Virus record (IMG/VR): IMGVR_UViG_3300033463_000087
Span: 11,366 to 75,365 of that record
From: a virus
Taxonomy: Duplodnaviria > Caudoviricetes
Length of the DNA: 64,000 bases
Direction: 5' to 3' (one strand)
Shown: one piece after another, positions 49,213 through 58,079 of the stretch
Layout: every line of letters starts with the position of its first letter
Numbering within the stretch: the stretch's first letter is position 1
The notes under the pieces: model-generated
Told to the model about the DNA's origin: nothing
What the model saw: the letters and a program-made list of their open reading frames with translations, nothing else
Database searches by the model: none
Position numbers and translations under genes: made by a program

Positions 49213-50928
49213 TTAATCAATATTTATAGATATACTCACATTTACCCAACGAATCTCAAACAAGGGTAAATATTGGAATGAAATATCTAATTGTTTAGGA
49301 TTATTAGCAGCATAATTTGCTGTAACATTTCTAAAGTCTTTAATTTCTTCCACACTTACATAATTTGTAAGAATTGATTCCGTTTTAACTTGAGCAGAAC
49401 TTGCAGTTGCAGGTGTATTCTTTTTACCAATATAAATTGCAAGTTGTTTTCTTAAATCAGTTCTAATCAAATCTGTAACTCTTCTAACTTGTCTTGTTTC
49501 AGTAATAACTGATGAACTATTAGTTGTAAATATATCAAATACTTGGGTTAGATTTGTATTTTCATTGAAGTCAAGCATACTCAAGAAATTGCTGCAAAGA
49601 TAATTTCTTTCAGAAGGATCAAATCTTTGGTCACCAACTAATGTAATTCTTGCAGGTAAGGTTTTCCTTAGCATAGGTTCACTATAACCATATTCAGGAT
49701 TACCTTCAATACCAGAAAGAGCACAAAGAGCATAAATAGCACTTAATTCAACATCTGTTTCTTCTTGTGTTTCAGCATCTGCCAAAGTAATTGTTACTTT
49801 ATTGTTAGCAAAATATGTAACCCTATCATTCATTAAACCTTCTCTTTGAGCAACAATGGTATCTGTACTTAAAGTATCACTATTAGGAATAATAAATGTT
49901 GTTCTTTCTTTACCATATAAAGCAGAAGAACAAGTTTCTAAATTTTGTATTAAATAATTTCTTAAAGCAATAGAATCTTGTTTTAAGATAATCACTGTTT
50001 GTACATTAAAATCCATTAAATCATCAATGGCTTTCTTATAAGAAGCATCTGTATTATCAGGTACTTGAACACAATAAACACCACCACCAAGTAATGTTTG
50101 ACCTTCTAATACTAAGTCTGCTGCTAATGTAATAGGTTGAATTACACCATTAAGATATTCAGGACCATAAACTTCTGCAATTGCCGTTTGATTAAATAAT
50201 AATGTCGGTTTAAAATCACCTCTGGATGCACTCTTATTTAATTTATATGTAATATAAAAAGTTGAACCAGCAACAGGTTTATTTGTTGAAATCCAAGTAA
50301 TAGTTGTATTATCAGTATTAATAGTATAATCAATACCTAATGTATAATTATAAAAACCAGAAATATTACCAAGACCTACAACTTCTAAAATATCACCAGC
50401 AACAGCATTTGTACCATTAGGTAATTTAATTGTATCTGTATCTGTCGGCGCAGCAATAATTTGTAAAGCACCTTCTGTTGCTTCTGTTGAAGTTGCAAAA
50501 CCATTACCTTGAATAGTTGCAATTACTTGTAAAGCATTAGCATCACCTTCTAATGCTAATTTATAACCATAAGAATCTTCTGTATCTTCTAAAATAACGA
50601 AGTCACCAACGGAAACTGTACCATCACTAATCCAATGTGCTTTTACTAAACCAATTTGAACTTTACCAGCAGCGGGTGCTGTTGTATCTGTCCATAAAAC
50701 ATAATTACCAACTGCAGGTGTATATTCACCTACAATAGGTGTAACATCACTTAAAATAATATTTGCTTTAGGTGTAACAACTTTTGATTTTGTCAATTCT
50801 AAATTTTTAATTGTAGTATATAATTGACCTTGTCCAATAACTGCTGTCCTATTATAACCAGAAGCAGTTGAACCTAAACTTTGTGTGGTCTCTGAAAAAT
50901 AGACCCCAGGAACACGATATAATGCCAT
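49213..50928 (-). CDS. Tail sheath protein
   Basis: YRVPGVYFSE N-terminus; C-terminal ETRQVRRVTDLIR...FQYLPLFEIRWVNVSI. Confidence 0.9.
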   Translation of the reverse strand: MALYRVPGVYFSETTQSLGSTASGYNRTAVIGQGQLYTTIKNLELTKSKVVTPKANIILSDVTPIVGEYTPAVGNYVLWTDTTAPAAGKVQIGLVKAHWISDGTVSVGDFVILEDTEDSYGYKLALEGDANALQVIATIQGNGFATSTEATEGALQIIAAPTDTDTIKLPNGTNAVAGDILEVVGLGNISGFYNYTLGIDYTINTDNTTITWISTNKPVAGSTFYITYKLNKSASRGDFKPTLLFNQTAIAEVYGPEYLNGVIQPITLAADLVLEGQTLLGGGVYCVQVPDNTDASYKKAIDDLMDFNVQTVIILKQDSIALRNYLIQNLETCSSALYGKERTTFIIPNSDTLSTDTIVAQREGLMNDRVTYFANNKVTITLADAETQEETDVELSAIYALCALSGIEGNPEYGYSEPMLRKTLPARITLVGDQRFDPSERNYLCSNFLSMLDFNENTNLTQVFDIFTTNSSSVITETRQVRRVTDLIRTDLRKQLAIYIGKKNTPATASSAQVKTESILTNYVSVEEIKDFRNVTANYAANNPKQLDISFQYLPLFEIRWVNVSISINID

Positions 50929-50969
50929 TTATTTTATACCTCTCAATAGAAATTTATTGTTTATAAACA

Positions 50970-50987
50970 TATATAAATATAAATGAA
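50970..50987 (-). promoter_or_regulatory. Putative late promoter (tail sheath)
   Basis: TTCATTTATATTTATATA. Confidence 0.75.
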
Positions 50988-50992
50988 TTCTA

Positions 50993-51832
50993 CTAAAAAG
51001 ATTTAATTTTTATTTCATTTAATTTTCTTTCGTAAAGATTTATGCTAATATGTTTTAATAATTTTTCTCTATTATCTATAAAGATATTTACAAATTCTTT
51101 ATTAAATTTTTTACAATTAAAAGGGTCTAGCATTTTACATAATTCTATTGGGAAATTTATATCTAACTCTTTTAAATTTCTTTGAACTATTAAACAATGT
51201 TCTCTTCTTATATTATTACTTCTTTCAACACTTGAATTTAAATATGATTTTCTATAATTTAATAATATTTTATTTATTATTTTATGAGGTATTTTTCTTG
51301 TTCTACTCCAAAATTCATAATCATAAATAAAATAATCTGGATTGTATTTATAATTATTACAAAATTCTTTTCGTTTCATAAATGTAGGTTGCTTTATTGG
51401 TTGCCAAAATATTAACTCTTCTTGTACTTGATTTGATTCCATTTCTTCGCCATCATCATAATTACTATTACCAAATATATGTACTCTTGAACTCACTGAT
51501 TGTAATTCTTTATTATTATCTAATTCTTGTTTTTCTATTAATAATCTATCAAGCAAAGAAATATCATCGTGGTCTTGTATTGCTACATAATCACCTTTTG
51601 CTATATGTGCTAATTTATCATAAGATAGTGCAGGATGAATTATTGGATCGTTCTTAATATATTTTATACGGTTATCATTAAAATTATCTATAAAGTGTTT
51701 TAAATCAAAATCTTCACCATTATCAGCAATTAAAAATTCAAAATTAGTATAACTTTGATTTAATATTGATTCAATAGATTGTTTTAAACATTCTTTATTA
51801 GATTTATAACAACTCATTATAACAGAAATCAT
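50993..51832 (-). CDS. GT2-family glycosyltransferase
   Basis: ISVIMSCY, SILNQSYTNFEFLIADNG, AIQDHDD. Confidence 0.9.
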   Translation of the reverse strand: MISVIMSCYKSNKECLKQSIESILNQSYTNFEFLIADNGEDFDLKHFIDNFNDNRIKYIKNDPIIHPALSYDKLAHIAKGDYVAIQDHDDISLLDRLLIEKQELDNNKELQSVSSRVHIFGNSNYDDGEEMESNQVQEELIFWQPIKQPTFMKRKEFCNNYKYNPDYFIYDYEFWSRTRKIPHKIINKILLNYRKSYLNSSVERSNNIRREHCLIVQRNLKELDINFPIELCKMLDPFNCKKFNKEFVNIFIDNREKLLKHISINLYERKLNEIKIKSF

Positions 51833-53046
51833 TTTACATTTACCAATCCATATTTTTCATATTCTAATATTTTATCTAATTCTTTATTACCGTTATGAGT
51901 AGTTTTATAATTAGGTTTATTATAGTAAGTTACATTTTTAAATCCATCAAAACCATACAAATCTATTGATTTACACTCTGAAGATAAACAAAATTGTAAA
52001 GCAATAAAACCTGTACTTGCTTGTGATACTTTTTCTTTTATTCTTTTACTTTCTTCATTAGGTTCTTGTATAAATTGTATCTTATCATTAGTAGTTAAAT
52101 CAAAATTGCATTTATTACCACAATATTTAGATCTTCTTACGGTATATTTGGTATTAAAAATTTTTAATTCTTGAGGTGTTAAAGTGCATGCCAAAAATAA
52201 AATATCAGTTTTTGTACCTTGACTATCTTTTCTTATAGGATAACCTTTATTAAATCTTATAATTATATCGTGATTATCTATACTTTTGCCCTGCTTCTTA
52301 CTAAATATTGATTGTGAATTTCCAACAATAGCAACACTTTTATCTTTTATAAATTCTTTTAATTTATTTAATTCTTCAAAATTTGTTCGTTTTAATATTT
52401 GACTTTTATCACTACCAACAAAATGTAATAAATAAGCATCACTTTCATATATAGGATTATCATAAGGTCTATTTTTACAATAATTATATTTTACATCTAT
52501 ATTTTTTATTCTATTATTAAATTCTAAATTAATTATTGTTTCATCATGTTGTGTTACATTTTGAGTATTTTTTAATCTTTCTAAACATCTTTCGGTAAAA
52601 CTTTGTTTTCGTAATTCTTCTAAATTCATTAACATCATACCCGTTAAATAATAATTAGGAAGTTTTAATTCTTTTGCTTGCTTTTTACCAATATTATAAC
52701 TTTCAGTAGCACAAATAAAAGGGCAATCTATATTCCAAAGTTCGTTTAATGGTCTTTGACAGATTACATCACAATCTATATAAAGAATTTTGTCGTAGGG
52801 AAGTAAAGGTAAAAATAATTTATGATAAACACCATTTTTCATTCTATCATTTTTATTAAATTTAAACAAAGAAGAATCCATTTCATAATAAAATGTTTTA
52901 GCACCAGGAACTTCTAAATCTTTATCCCCTGTTAGTACAACTATATCCACATTTTTATTATATCTTTTAACAGATTCTATTGATTTTTGTAAATAAGGTA
53001 AGTAATGTTTATCACAAACATAAGCGATTCTAATTGGTCCCTCCAT
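51829..53046 (-). CDS. Bifunctional glycosyltransferase: GT8 N-terminal domain plus GT29 (sialyltransferase-like) C-terminal domain
   Basis: ILYIDCD, TGMMLMNL, HDETIIN, HFVG; then VAIVGNS...IDNHDIIIRFN and STG..ALQ...LYGFD...H. Confidence 0.8.
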   Translation of the reverse strand: MEGPIRIAYVCDKHYLPYLQKSIESVKRYNKNVDIVVLTGDKDLEVPGAKTFYYEMDSSLFKFNKNDRMKNGVYHKLFLPLLPYDKILYIDCDVICQRPLNELWNIDCPFICATESYNIGKKQAKELKLPNYYLTGMMLMNLEELRKQSFTERCLERLKNTQNVTQHDETIINLEFNNRIKNIDVKYNYCKNRPYDNPIYESDAYLLHFVGSDKSQILKRTNFEELNKLKEFIKDKSVAIVGNSQSIFSKKQGKSIDNHDIIIRFNKGYPIRKDSQGTKTDILFLACTLTPQELKIFNTKYTVRRSKYCGNKCNFDLTTNDKIQFIQEPNEESKRIKEKVSQASTGFIALQFCLSSECKSIDLYGFDGFKNVTYYNKPNYKTTHNGNKELDKILEYEKYGLVNVK

Positions 53047-53056
53047 AATTCCTCTT

Positions 53057-53836
53057 TTATCTTATGTTGCCCTCATAATTTACATAAACATCGGGTAATT
53101 CACCATTTTTATCCCAAACTTTCATTTCACTTTGTGCATTTACGTGGCTGTGAAAAAATATAGGTGCCTCATATTCAGTAGTATCAATTAAATTTTTTAA
53201 TGTCCAAGTTTTACCATTTATACTTTTACAAAATTTACAAGCATTTGGATGCGCTATAAATGTGGCCATATTATAGCCTTGCTCTAATAAATCTTCAAAA
53301 ACAGGTAAACTTACATCTTGCAAAGGATATATGCTTTTTGGTTTTATCTTATAACGCTTGGAAACCGATTTATTTTGTGTTTTATAAGGTTTTTTAGTGG
53401 GTTTAATAGTCTTATTAGGTTTCTTCTTTAAAACCTTATTGGGTTTAATTTTAAAGCGTTTTGATGTATTTATTGTCTTTTTAGTTGTTTTAGTAGGTTT
53501 TTTAACTATTTTCTTAACTTTTGGACTTGTTTTCTTTGTTTTAGCAGAAATAATTCTAATCCAATTAGATTTTTTATCAAAATTAATATCTAAATTATTA
53601 TCGTACCAATCTTTTATAATATTAAACCAATCATCTATACTATAATTTAAAAAAGATTTTATTGCGCCACTTTCACCTAATATTATTTGTTTTTCTGCTC
53701 TAGCGAGTTTATCAGCTGTTTCGTCATCATCAGAATATATATAAACTAAGCCATTATCAAAATTTAAAATAATATCTTTTAAACCTAATTCTTTTTCACA
53801 CAATTGTTGTAATTTTTTATTTCTAATATTTTTCAT
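53057..53836 (-). CDS. Head morphogenesis (MuF-like) protein with Lys/Pro-rich linker
   Basis: C-terminal AHPNACKFC...HSHVN; repeated KP(T/N)K..KK. Confidence 0.45.
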   Translation of the reverse strand: MKNIRNKKLQQLCEKELGLKDIILNFDNGLVYIYSDDDETADKLARAEKQIILGESGAIKSFLNYSIDDWFNIIKDWYDNNLDINFDKKSNWIRIISAKTKKTSPKVKKIVKKPTKTTKKTINTSKRFKIKPNKVLKKKPNKTIKPTKKPYKTQNKSVSKRYKIKPKSIYPLQDVSLPVFEDLLEQGYNMATFIAHPNACKFCKSINGKTWTLKNLIDTTEYEAPIFFHSHVNAQSEMKVWDKNGELPDVYVNYEGNIR

Positions 53837-53839
53837 AAT

Positions 53840-54325
53840 TTATTTATTTTTATGTTTAAAATATTCAACTTGTTTTAATCTTTTTTCTGCTTCTTCTTTA
53901 GTATCATAAGTTCCCAAGTTCTTTCCTTTCTCGGATTGAACCTGGTACTTATTATCTTTCTTAACTATTTTAGAAAGTAATTTAATCCAAGAAGATTCTT
54001 TTATAAATTTTTTATTAAATAAAATCTCTGCAACTTCAGGAATAGATAATTTTTTTGATGCTAATTCTTCAAAAATATTTACAAAATTTATATTTGCTGG
54101 ACTTATACCATTCTTCTTACATAGAAATATAAATACTACAAATGCAGTTCTTTTATTACCATCAATAAAATAATGTCCTTTTATTAAACTATATACGATT
54201 GATGCTATCTGTTCTTCAATTGTATTATAATATAAATAAGATGATAAACAACCAGAACAATTTCTATTTGTTTTTGTATTTTGTACTATTTCATTAATTT
54301 TAGAAATTGTTTCAGGATTAATCAT
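53840..54325 (-). CDS. doc: Doc-type Fic-family toxin fused to a small C-terminal phage domain
   Basis: HYFIDGNKRTAF (Doc motif with Lys); C-terminus KNLGTYDTKEEAEKRLKQVEYFKH. Confidence 0.75.
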   Translation of the reverse strand: MINPETISKINEIVQNTKTNRNCSGCLSSYLYYNTIEEQIASIVYSLIKGHYFIDGNKRTAFVVFIFLCKKNGISPANINFVNIFEELASKKLSIPEVAEILFNKKFIKESSWIKLLSKIVKKDNKYQVQSEKGKNLGTYDTKEEAEKRLKQVEYFKHKNK

Positions 54326-54435
54326 TTATCTTTTAAACCTTCTATAACATCTTTATATTCTTTTATTATTTCTTTTACGGTTTCAACATCGTTATTAGTT
54401 ATTTCTTCTTTTTTTGCTAATTTAATCCATTTCAT
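54322..54435 (-). CDS. 37-aa putative antitoxin with leader (MKWIKLAKKEEITNNDVETVKEIIKEYKDVIEGLKDK), not in ORF track
   Basis: Hand-translated; GGTG RBS; ATGA overlap with doc; late-promoter variant at 54445. Confidence 0.65.
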   Translation of the reverse strand: MKWIKLAKKEEITNNDVETVKEIIKEYKDVIEGLKDK

Positions 54436-54444
54436 AAATTCACC

Positions 54445-54462
54445 TATACAAATTTAAATGAT
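54445..54462 (-). promoter_or_regulatory. Late promoter variant upstream of antitoxin-doc
   Basis: ATCATTTAAATTTGTATA. Confidence 0.55.
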
Positions 54463-54502
54463 TATATTAATATTATAATATATTTTAAAGAAAATTTAAT
54501 AC

Positions 54503-55135
54503 TTACTCCTCTGTTGGTATTATAACTGCATTTTCTTCATTTTGAACTCTTATTTGTCCATCTTGTTCATAAAGTATACCAATAGTAGGTACAGTAACTT
54601 TTTCAATTATATTATTTTCAATAGGAATAAATTTCTGCCACTCTGCATAAAGATTAAGAGTAATATTTACAGTATAAATATTATTTTTACCATATTCTTC
54701 TGTTTGAGGAGCAGTTCCACTTGCATTTAATATTTCAATACCTGCATCAGCAAATTTGTCATGAGCATAATATTGAATAAAACTACAAATATAATCTGAA
54801 ATTATTTCACAATCATATTTTGTTAATGCAGAAATAGAAACTTGAATAACAGGTTTAATTGTCATACCATGAATAGAACCTTTAATAGTTCCATCTTGAT
54901 TATAAACATCTTCTTGAAAATTTCTATCAAAAGAAGTTTCAAAGAAATCATTATCTGTTACATCATTACAAATAATACAAGGGAATTTTCTTTCACCTCT
55001 TGGATAACTTTCGTCAATATATATTTTAGTATTTAAAAACTCTTTTACCCAAGGAAATTGTGGATGATTTTTAAAAAGCTGTCTAAATACTGAAACGAAG
55101 CAAGTGTTTATATACCTTCTACCACGATATAACAT
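54503..55135 (-). CDS. Tail completion / terminator-type neck protein
   Basis: IYIDESYP...FPCII and E.G...IYTVNITL pattern; structural context. Confidence 0.55.
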   Translation of the reverse strand: MLYRGRRYINTCFVSVFRQLFKNHPQFPWVKEFLNTKIYIDESYPRGERKFPCIICNDVTDNDFFETSFDRNFQEDVYNQDGTIKGSIHGMTIKPVIQVSISALTKYDCEIISDYICSFIQYYAHDKFADAGIEILNASGTAPQTEEYGKNNIYTVNITLNLYAEWQKFIPIENNIIEKVTVPTIGILYEQDGQIRVQNEENAVIIPTEE

Positions 55136-55531
55136 TTATACAATCTCCAATTCTATTTTTTCTTTCATTTCAAACATAGGTTTTATTCTATTCATTAAAC
55201 GAGTAAATGTAACTCTACTATCTAATACTTTACCTTTTTCTTTATTAAAACCTACTAAAATACATCCTTCTGTATCATCCTTTGTGTTGCCACTATGAAT
55301 CCTAACACCTTCAAAATTAGGTACATTTAATAATAAAGGCAAATTCTTTTTAAATCTTGGCGAATAAGATATTGTTACTTCATATTTACCAAAGGGTATA
55401 GCAGTTTCGGCATAAATCTTCTTCTCTCTTATTGCATCTTCTAAAGTATCACAAAAATATTCTTTATTGATATATAATTTACCAATAGTATATTCTGATC
55501 CTTTATAAGTTCTTTTTAATGTTAAAAGCAT
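55136..55531 (-). CDS. DUF5675-family protein (putative cell-wall peptidase / endolysin)
   Basis: TIGKLY...CDTLED, TAIP.G.Y, GVRIHSGNT..DTEGCILVG. Confidence 0.85.
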   Translation of the reverse strand: MLLTLKRTYKGSEYTIGKLYINKEYFCDTLEDAIREKKIYAETAIPFGKYEVTISYSPRFKKNLPLLLNVPNFEGVRIHSGNTKDDTEGCILVGFNKEKGKVLDSRVTFTRLMNRIKPMFEMKEKIELEIV

Positions 55532-57171
55532 TAGTCCCCTAAAAATATATTTAATGTATAAATTCCTTTGCCTTCATCTGCAGGTAAAGTTTCGTTATTA
55601 CAAAAAATACCTAAATCTCTTACTTTACTTTCTATTGTATTTATAGTTTTAGCATCACCTCTAACAGAAATATTACCTTTATTTTCATCTTCAATAGAAA
55701 CACCTACTGAACCATTTTTTATATAAGGATCTAAAATACCACCTAAAGATAATAATTGAGGTGTTAATTTTGCTGATTGAACATTTACCCAACCTTTTGT
55801 ATCTACTTTAATATCTGTACTAGGACTTACTGATTGATTAGGAAAATCTAAACCTTGTATTGTTGTTTCACCATAAGCAGAATCAATTTCTTTCACTTCA
55901 ATACTTTGACTGCCTTCATATTCAGGATGTTCCATAATAAATTTAACTTTAGCATCTGTAGAATTTTTTGCTTCAATTTGTGCTAACTCACTGCCATCTT
56001 TTTCAAAAATACTAAATTTAGGCATTTGACTTTCTAAAAGAACACTTTGTCCTTTTTTAGTATTTTCAATAATCATATCTTTAAATAATTGTGTAGTATA
56101 TAAATAAGTATCTATATTTGAATTTTTATCATTTTCTGAATCAAATAGTGCTTTTAAAACACTTTTTAATTGTATTGCTATTGGATCTTCATCAGAATAA
56201 TTTTCTTCAGTAATTGTGTAATTATTCAAATCTTCTATAAATAACGGATAATATTTATTCCAAGATTTTTCTAACCGTTCATTAGTAGATTCTTCAGATT
56301 TAATAGTTTTAGCAGTAGTATCTACAGTAGAAATATCTTTTGTATACCAATCAATTAAATAAGACTTCTTTTCTTTATTATATTCTTGTTGTGCTGCTTG
56401 TTTAAGTAAGTTTAACCCTTTATAAGTAATAGAATATTTAGGACCACGAATAGGATTGATGCCCGCAAGTTTAATAAGACCACCACTAATTAAACCTTTT
56501 TCAATTTTAATTTCTTTTGAATATTTATCACCGTCTAAAAATTGATTTAAAGAATCAATTAAAGTAGATTTAATAGGTGTATACATTTGAGTAGTAGTTG
56601 TACTATTTAAATTATTTACATTATTAGGATTATATGTAGGAGGTGTAACTACGGGATTATCTTTCATTACCGCAATCCATTGATTTGCTTTCGGATCCCA
56701 TGCATACTCCATATTATCTGGTAAAGTTGTTGTTGGTTTTGGGGTTGTAGGTTGTTCTGAAGAATTTTTATAAAATTGTTTCTCTTTTTCATCATTTACA
56801 CCGTCCCAATAACCACGCTCATATTCTTCTGAATGTTTTTCATGTATATCATCTGGATCTTCTGGGTAATGATGCTTAAACATATATTTTCCATCTTTAT
56901 AACCTTGTTTATAACCGCCATCATCTTTTCTCACATCTTCTGTGGAATTATATGTTTCTATAATGTTAAATGAATCTTTACTTTTTTGCTCATACAACTC
57001 AACATCATTTTTATTTTTGTATTTCTTTTTTAATAAATCAAAATATTTTTTAGCTTCTTGTTTATTTTGGAAATCTTTTTCATGCACAAGAGAACCACCA
57101 TATTCATAAACTGATACATTATAGTATGGATATTCTAATTTTATTTTTGATGTCACTTTAATAAATTTCAT
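55531..57171 (-). CDS. Leader-bearing multi-module late protein (MKFIKVTS...)
   Basis: 546 aa; late promoter at 57194; low-complexity linkers. Confidence 0.7.
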   Translation of the reverse strand: MKFIKVTSKIKLEYPYYNVSVYEYGGSLVHEKDFQNKQEAKKYFDLLKKKYKNKNDVELYEQKSKDSFNIIETYNSTEDVRKDDGGYKQGYKDGKYMFKHHYPEDPDDIHEKHSEEYERGYWDGVNDEKEKQFYKNSSEQPTTPKPTTTLPDNMEYAWDPKANQWIAVMKDNPVVTPPTYNPNNVNNLNSTTTTQMYTPIKSTLIDSLNQFLDGDKYSKEIKIEKGLISGGLIKLAGINPIRGPKYSITYKGLNLLKQAAQQEYNKEKKSYLIDWYTKDISTVDTTAKTIKSEESTNERLEKSWNKYYPLFIEDLNNYTITEENYSDEDPIAIQLKSVLKALFDSENDKNSNIDTYLYTTQLFKDMIIENTKKGQSVLLESQMPKFSIFEKDGSELAQIEAKNSTDAKVKFIMEHPEYEGSQSIEVKEIDSAYGETTIQGLDFPNQSVSPSTDIKVDTKGWVNVQSAKLTPQLLSLGGILDPYIKNGSVGVSIEDENKGNISVRGDAKTINTIESKVRDLGIFCNNETLPADEGKGIYTLNIFLGD

Positions 57172-57193
57172 ATAAAATCCTCAATAATTATAA

Positions 57194-57211
57194 TATATAA
57201 ATATAAATGAA
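57194..57211 (-). promoter_or_regulatory. Putative late promoter
   Basis: TTCATTTATATTTATATA. Confidence 0.75.
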
Positions 57212-57220
57212 AAGTAAAAT

Positions 57221-57256
57221 AAAACACCTACCAAAAAAATAATCTTGATAGGTGTT
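57221..57256 (-). terminator. Intrinsic terminator
   Basis: AACACCTA...TAGGTGTT plus U-tract. Confidence 0.6.
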
Positions 57257-57282
57257 CGCCACTGCAGGTAAGGACTTAAATT

Positions 57283-57723
57283 TTAATCACCTTCATAACT
57301 ATCTTCCCAGTAATTAAGATTTTCATCTTCATATATTATATGTTCTAAATTTTTAGCAAATTTACTATCAGGAGATATATTATAGTCTACTGTTTTGCCA
57401 TCTAATTTAGTTATTTTTAATGATTTTATTTTAATATATTCATAATAACCACTTGTCATGCGATAATAGATGTTAGAACTATGATTATCATAAGTTTCTT
57501 CAGGGCTATCCATATCTAATTCATAATCTAAAGTTAATTCTGATACAAATGAATCATTGTCACCATAAACAACTATATCACAAGTGTCTTGATATATCTT
57601 ACCATTAAATTCCCAATCAAATTCTTCATTTTCAAGTTTTTTAATAAAATCTTCAACACTCATAACATCCAATACACTTGGGTAAAATTCGTCCTTAGCT
57701 TTAATAACTTTAATCATTTTCAT
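57283..57723 (-). CDS. Leader-bearing acidic protein (MKMIKVIKA...)
   Basis: GAGG RBS; degenerate late promoter; terminator follows. Confidence 0.75.
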   Translation of the reverse strand: MKMIKVIKAKDEFYPSVLDVMSVEDFIKKLENEEFDWEFNGKIYQDTCDIVVYGDNDSFVSELTLDYELDMDSPEETYDNHSSNIYYRMTSGYYEYIKIKSLKITKLDGKTVDYNISPDSKFAKNLEHIIYEDENLNYWEDSYEGD

Positions 57724-57734
57724 ATAAAAATTAC

Positions 57735-57752
57735 CTCAAAAATTTAAATGAA
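57735..57752 (-). promoter_or_regulatory. Degenerate late promoter overlapping RBS
   Basis: TTCATTTAAATTTTTGAG. Confidence 0.45.
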
Positions 57753-57754
57753 AA

Positions 57755-58045
57755 CTAATTTATTTCAACTTCTTTTTCTATTATACTTATATCAATAGAA
57801 CCAAATTTGCCACAAAGGTCTTTTGCTTCTTGACATTCATATAGAGTACCTTTTTCTAAACAATCTGCTAATTTTCTTAAAGCATCAGGTTTGGACGCAT
57901 ATCTATAAAAATGTAGAATATCTTGATCACTCATATCTTTTGTATCAAGTTCTAATGGTACTTCTGTATATTGGTCGGCTAGTGGATGTACCTGAATAAT
58001 TTCATTATTTTTTCTAACAACTAAAAATTGCACATTTATTTTCAT
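57755..58045 (-). CDS. Hypothetical protein
   Basis: GGAG RBS; TTTAGTATAAT promoter. Confidence 0.7.
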   Translation of the reverse strand: MKINVQFLVVRKNNEIIQVHPLADQYTEVPLELDTKDMSDQDILHFYRYASKPDALRKLADCLEKGTLYECQEAKDLCGKFGSIDISIIEKEVEIN

Positions 58046-58079
58046 ATTTATTTCTCCTATAATATATTATACTAAAAAA

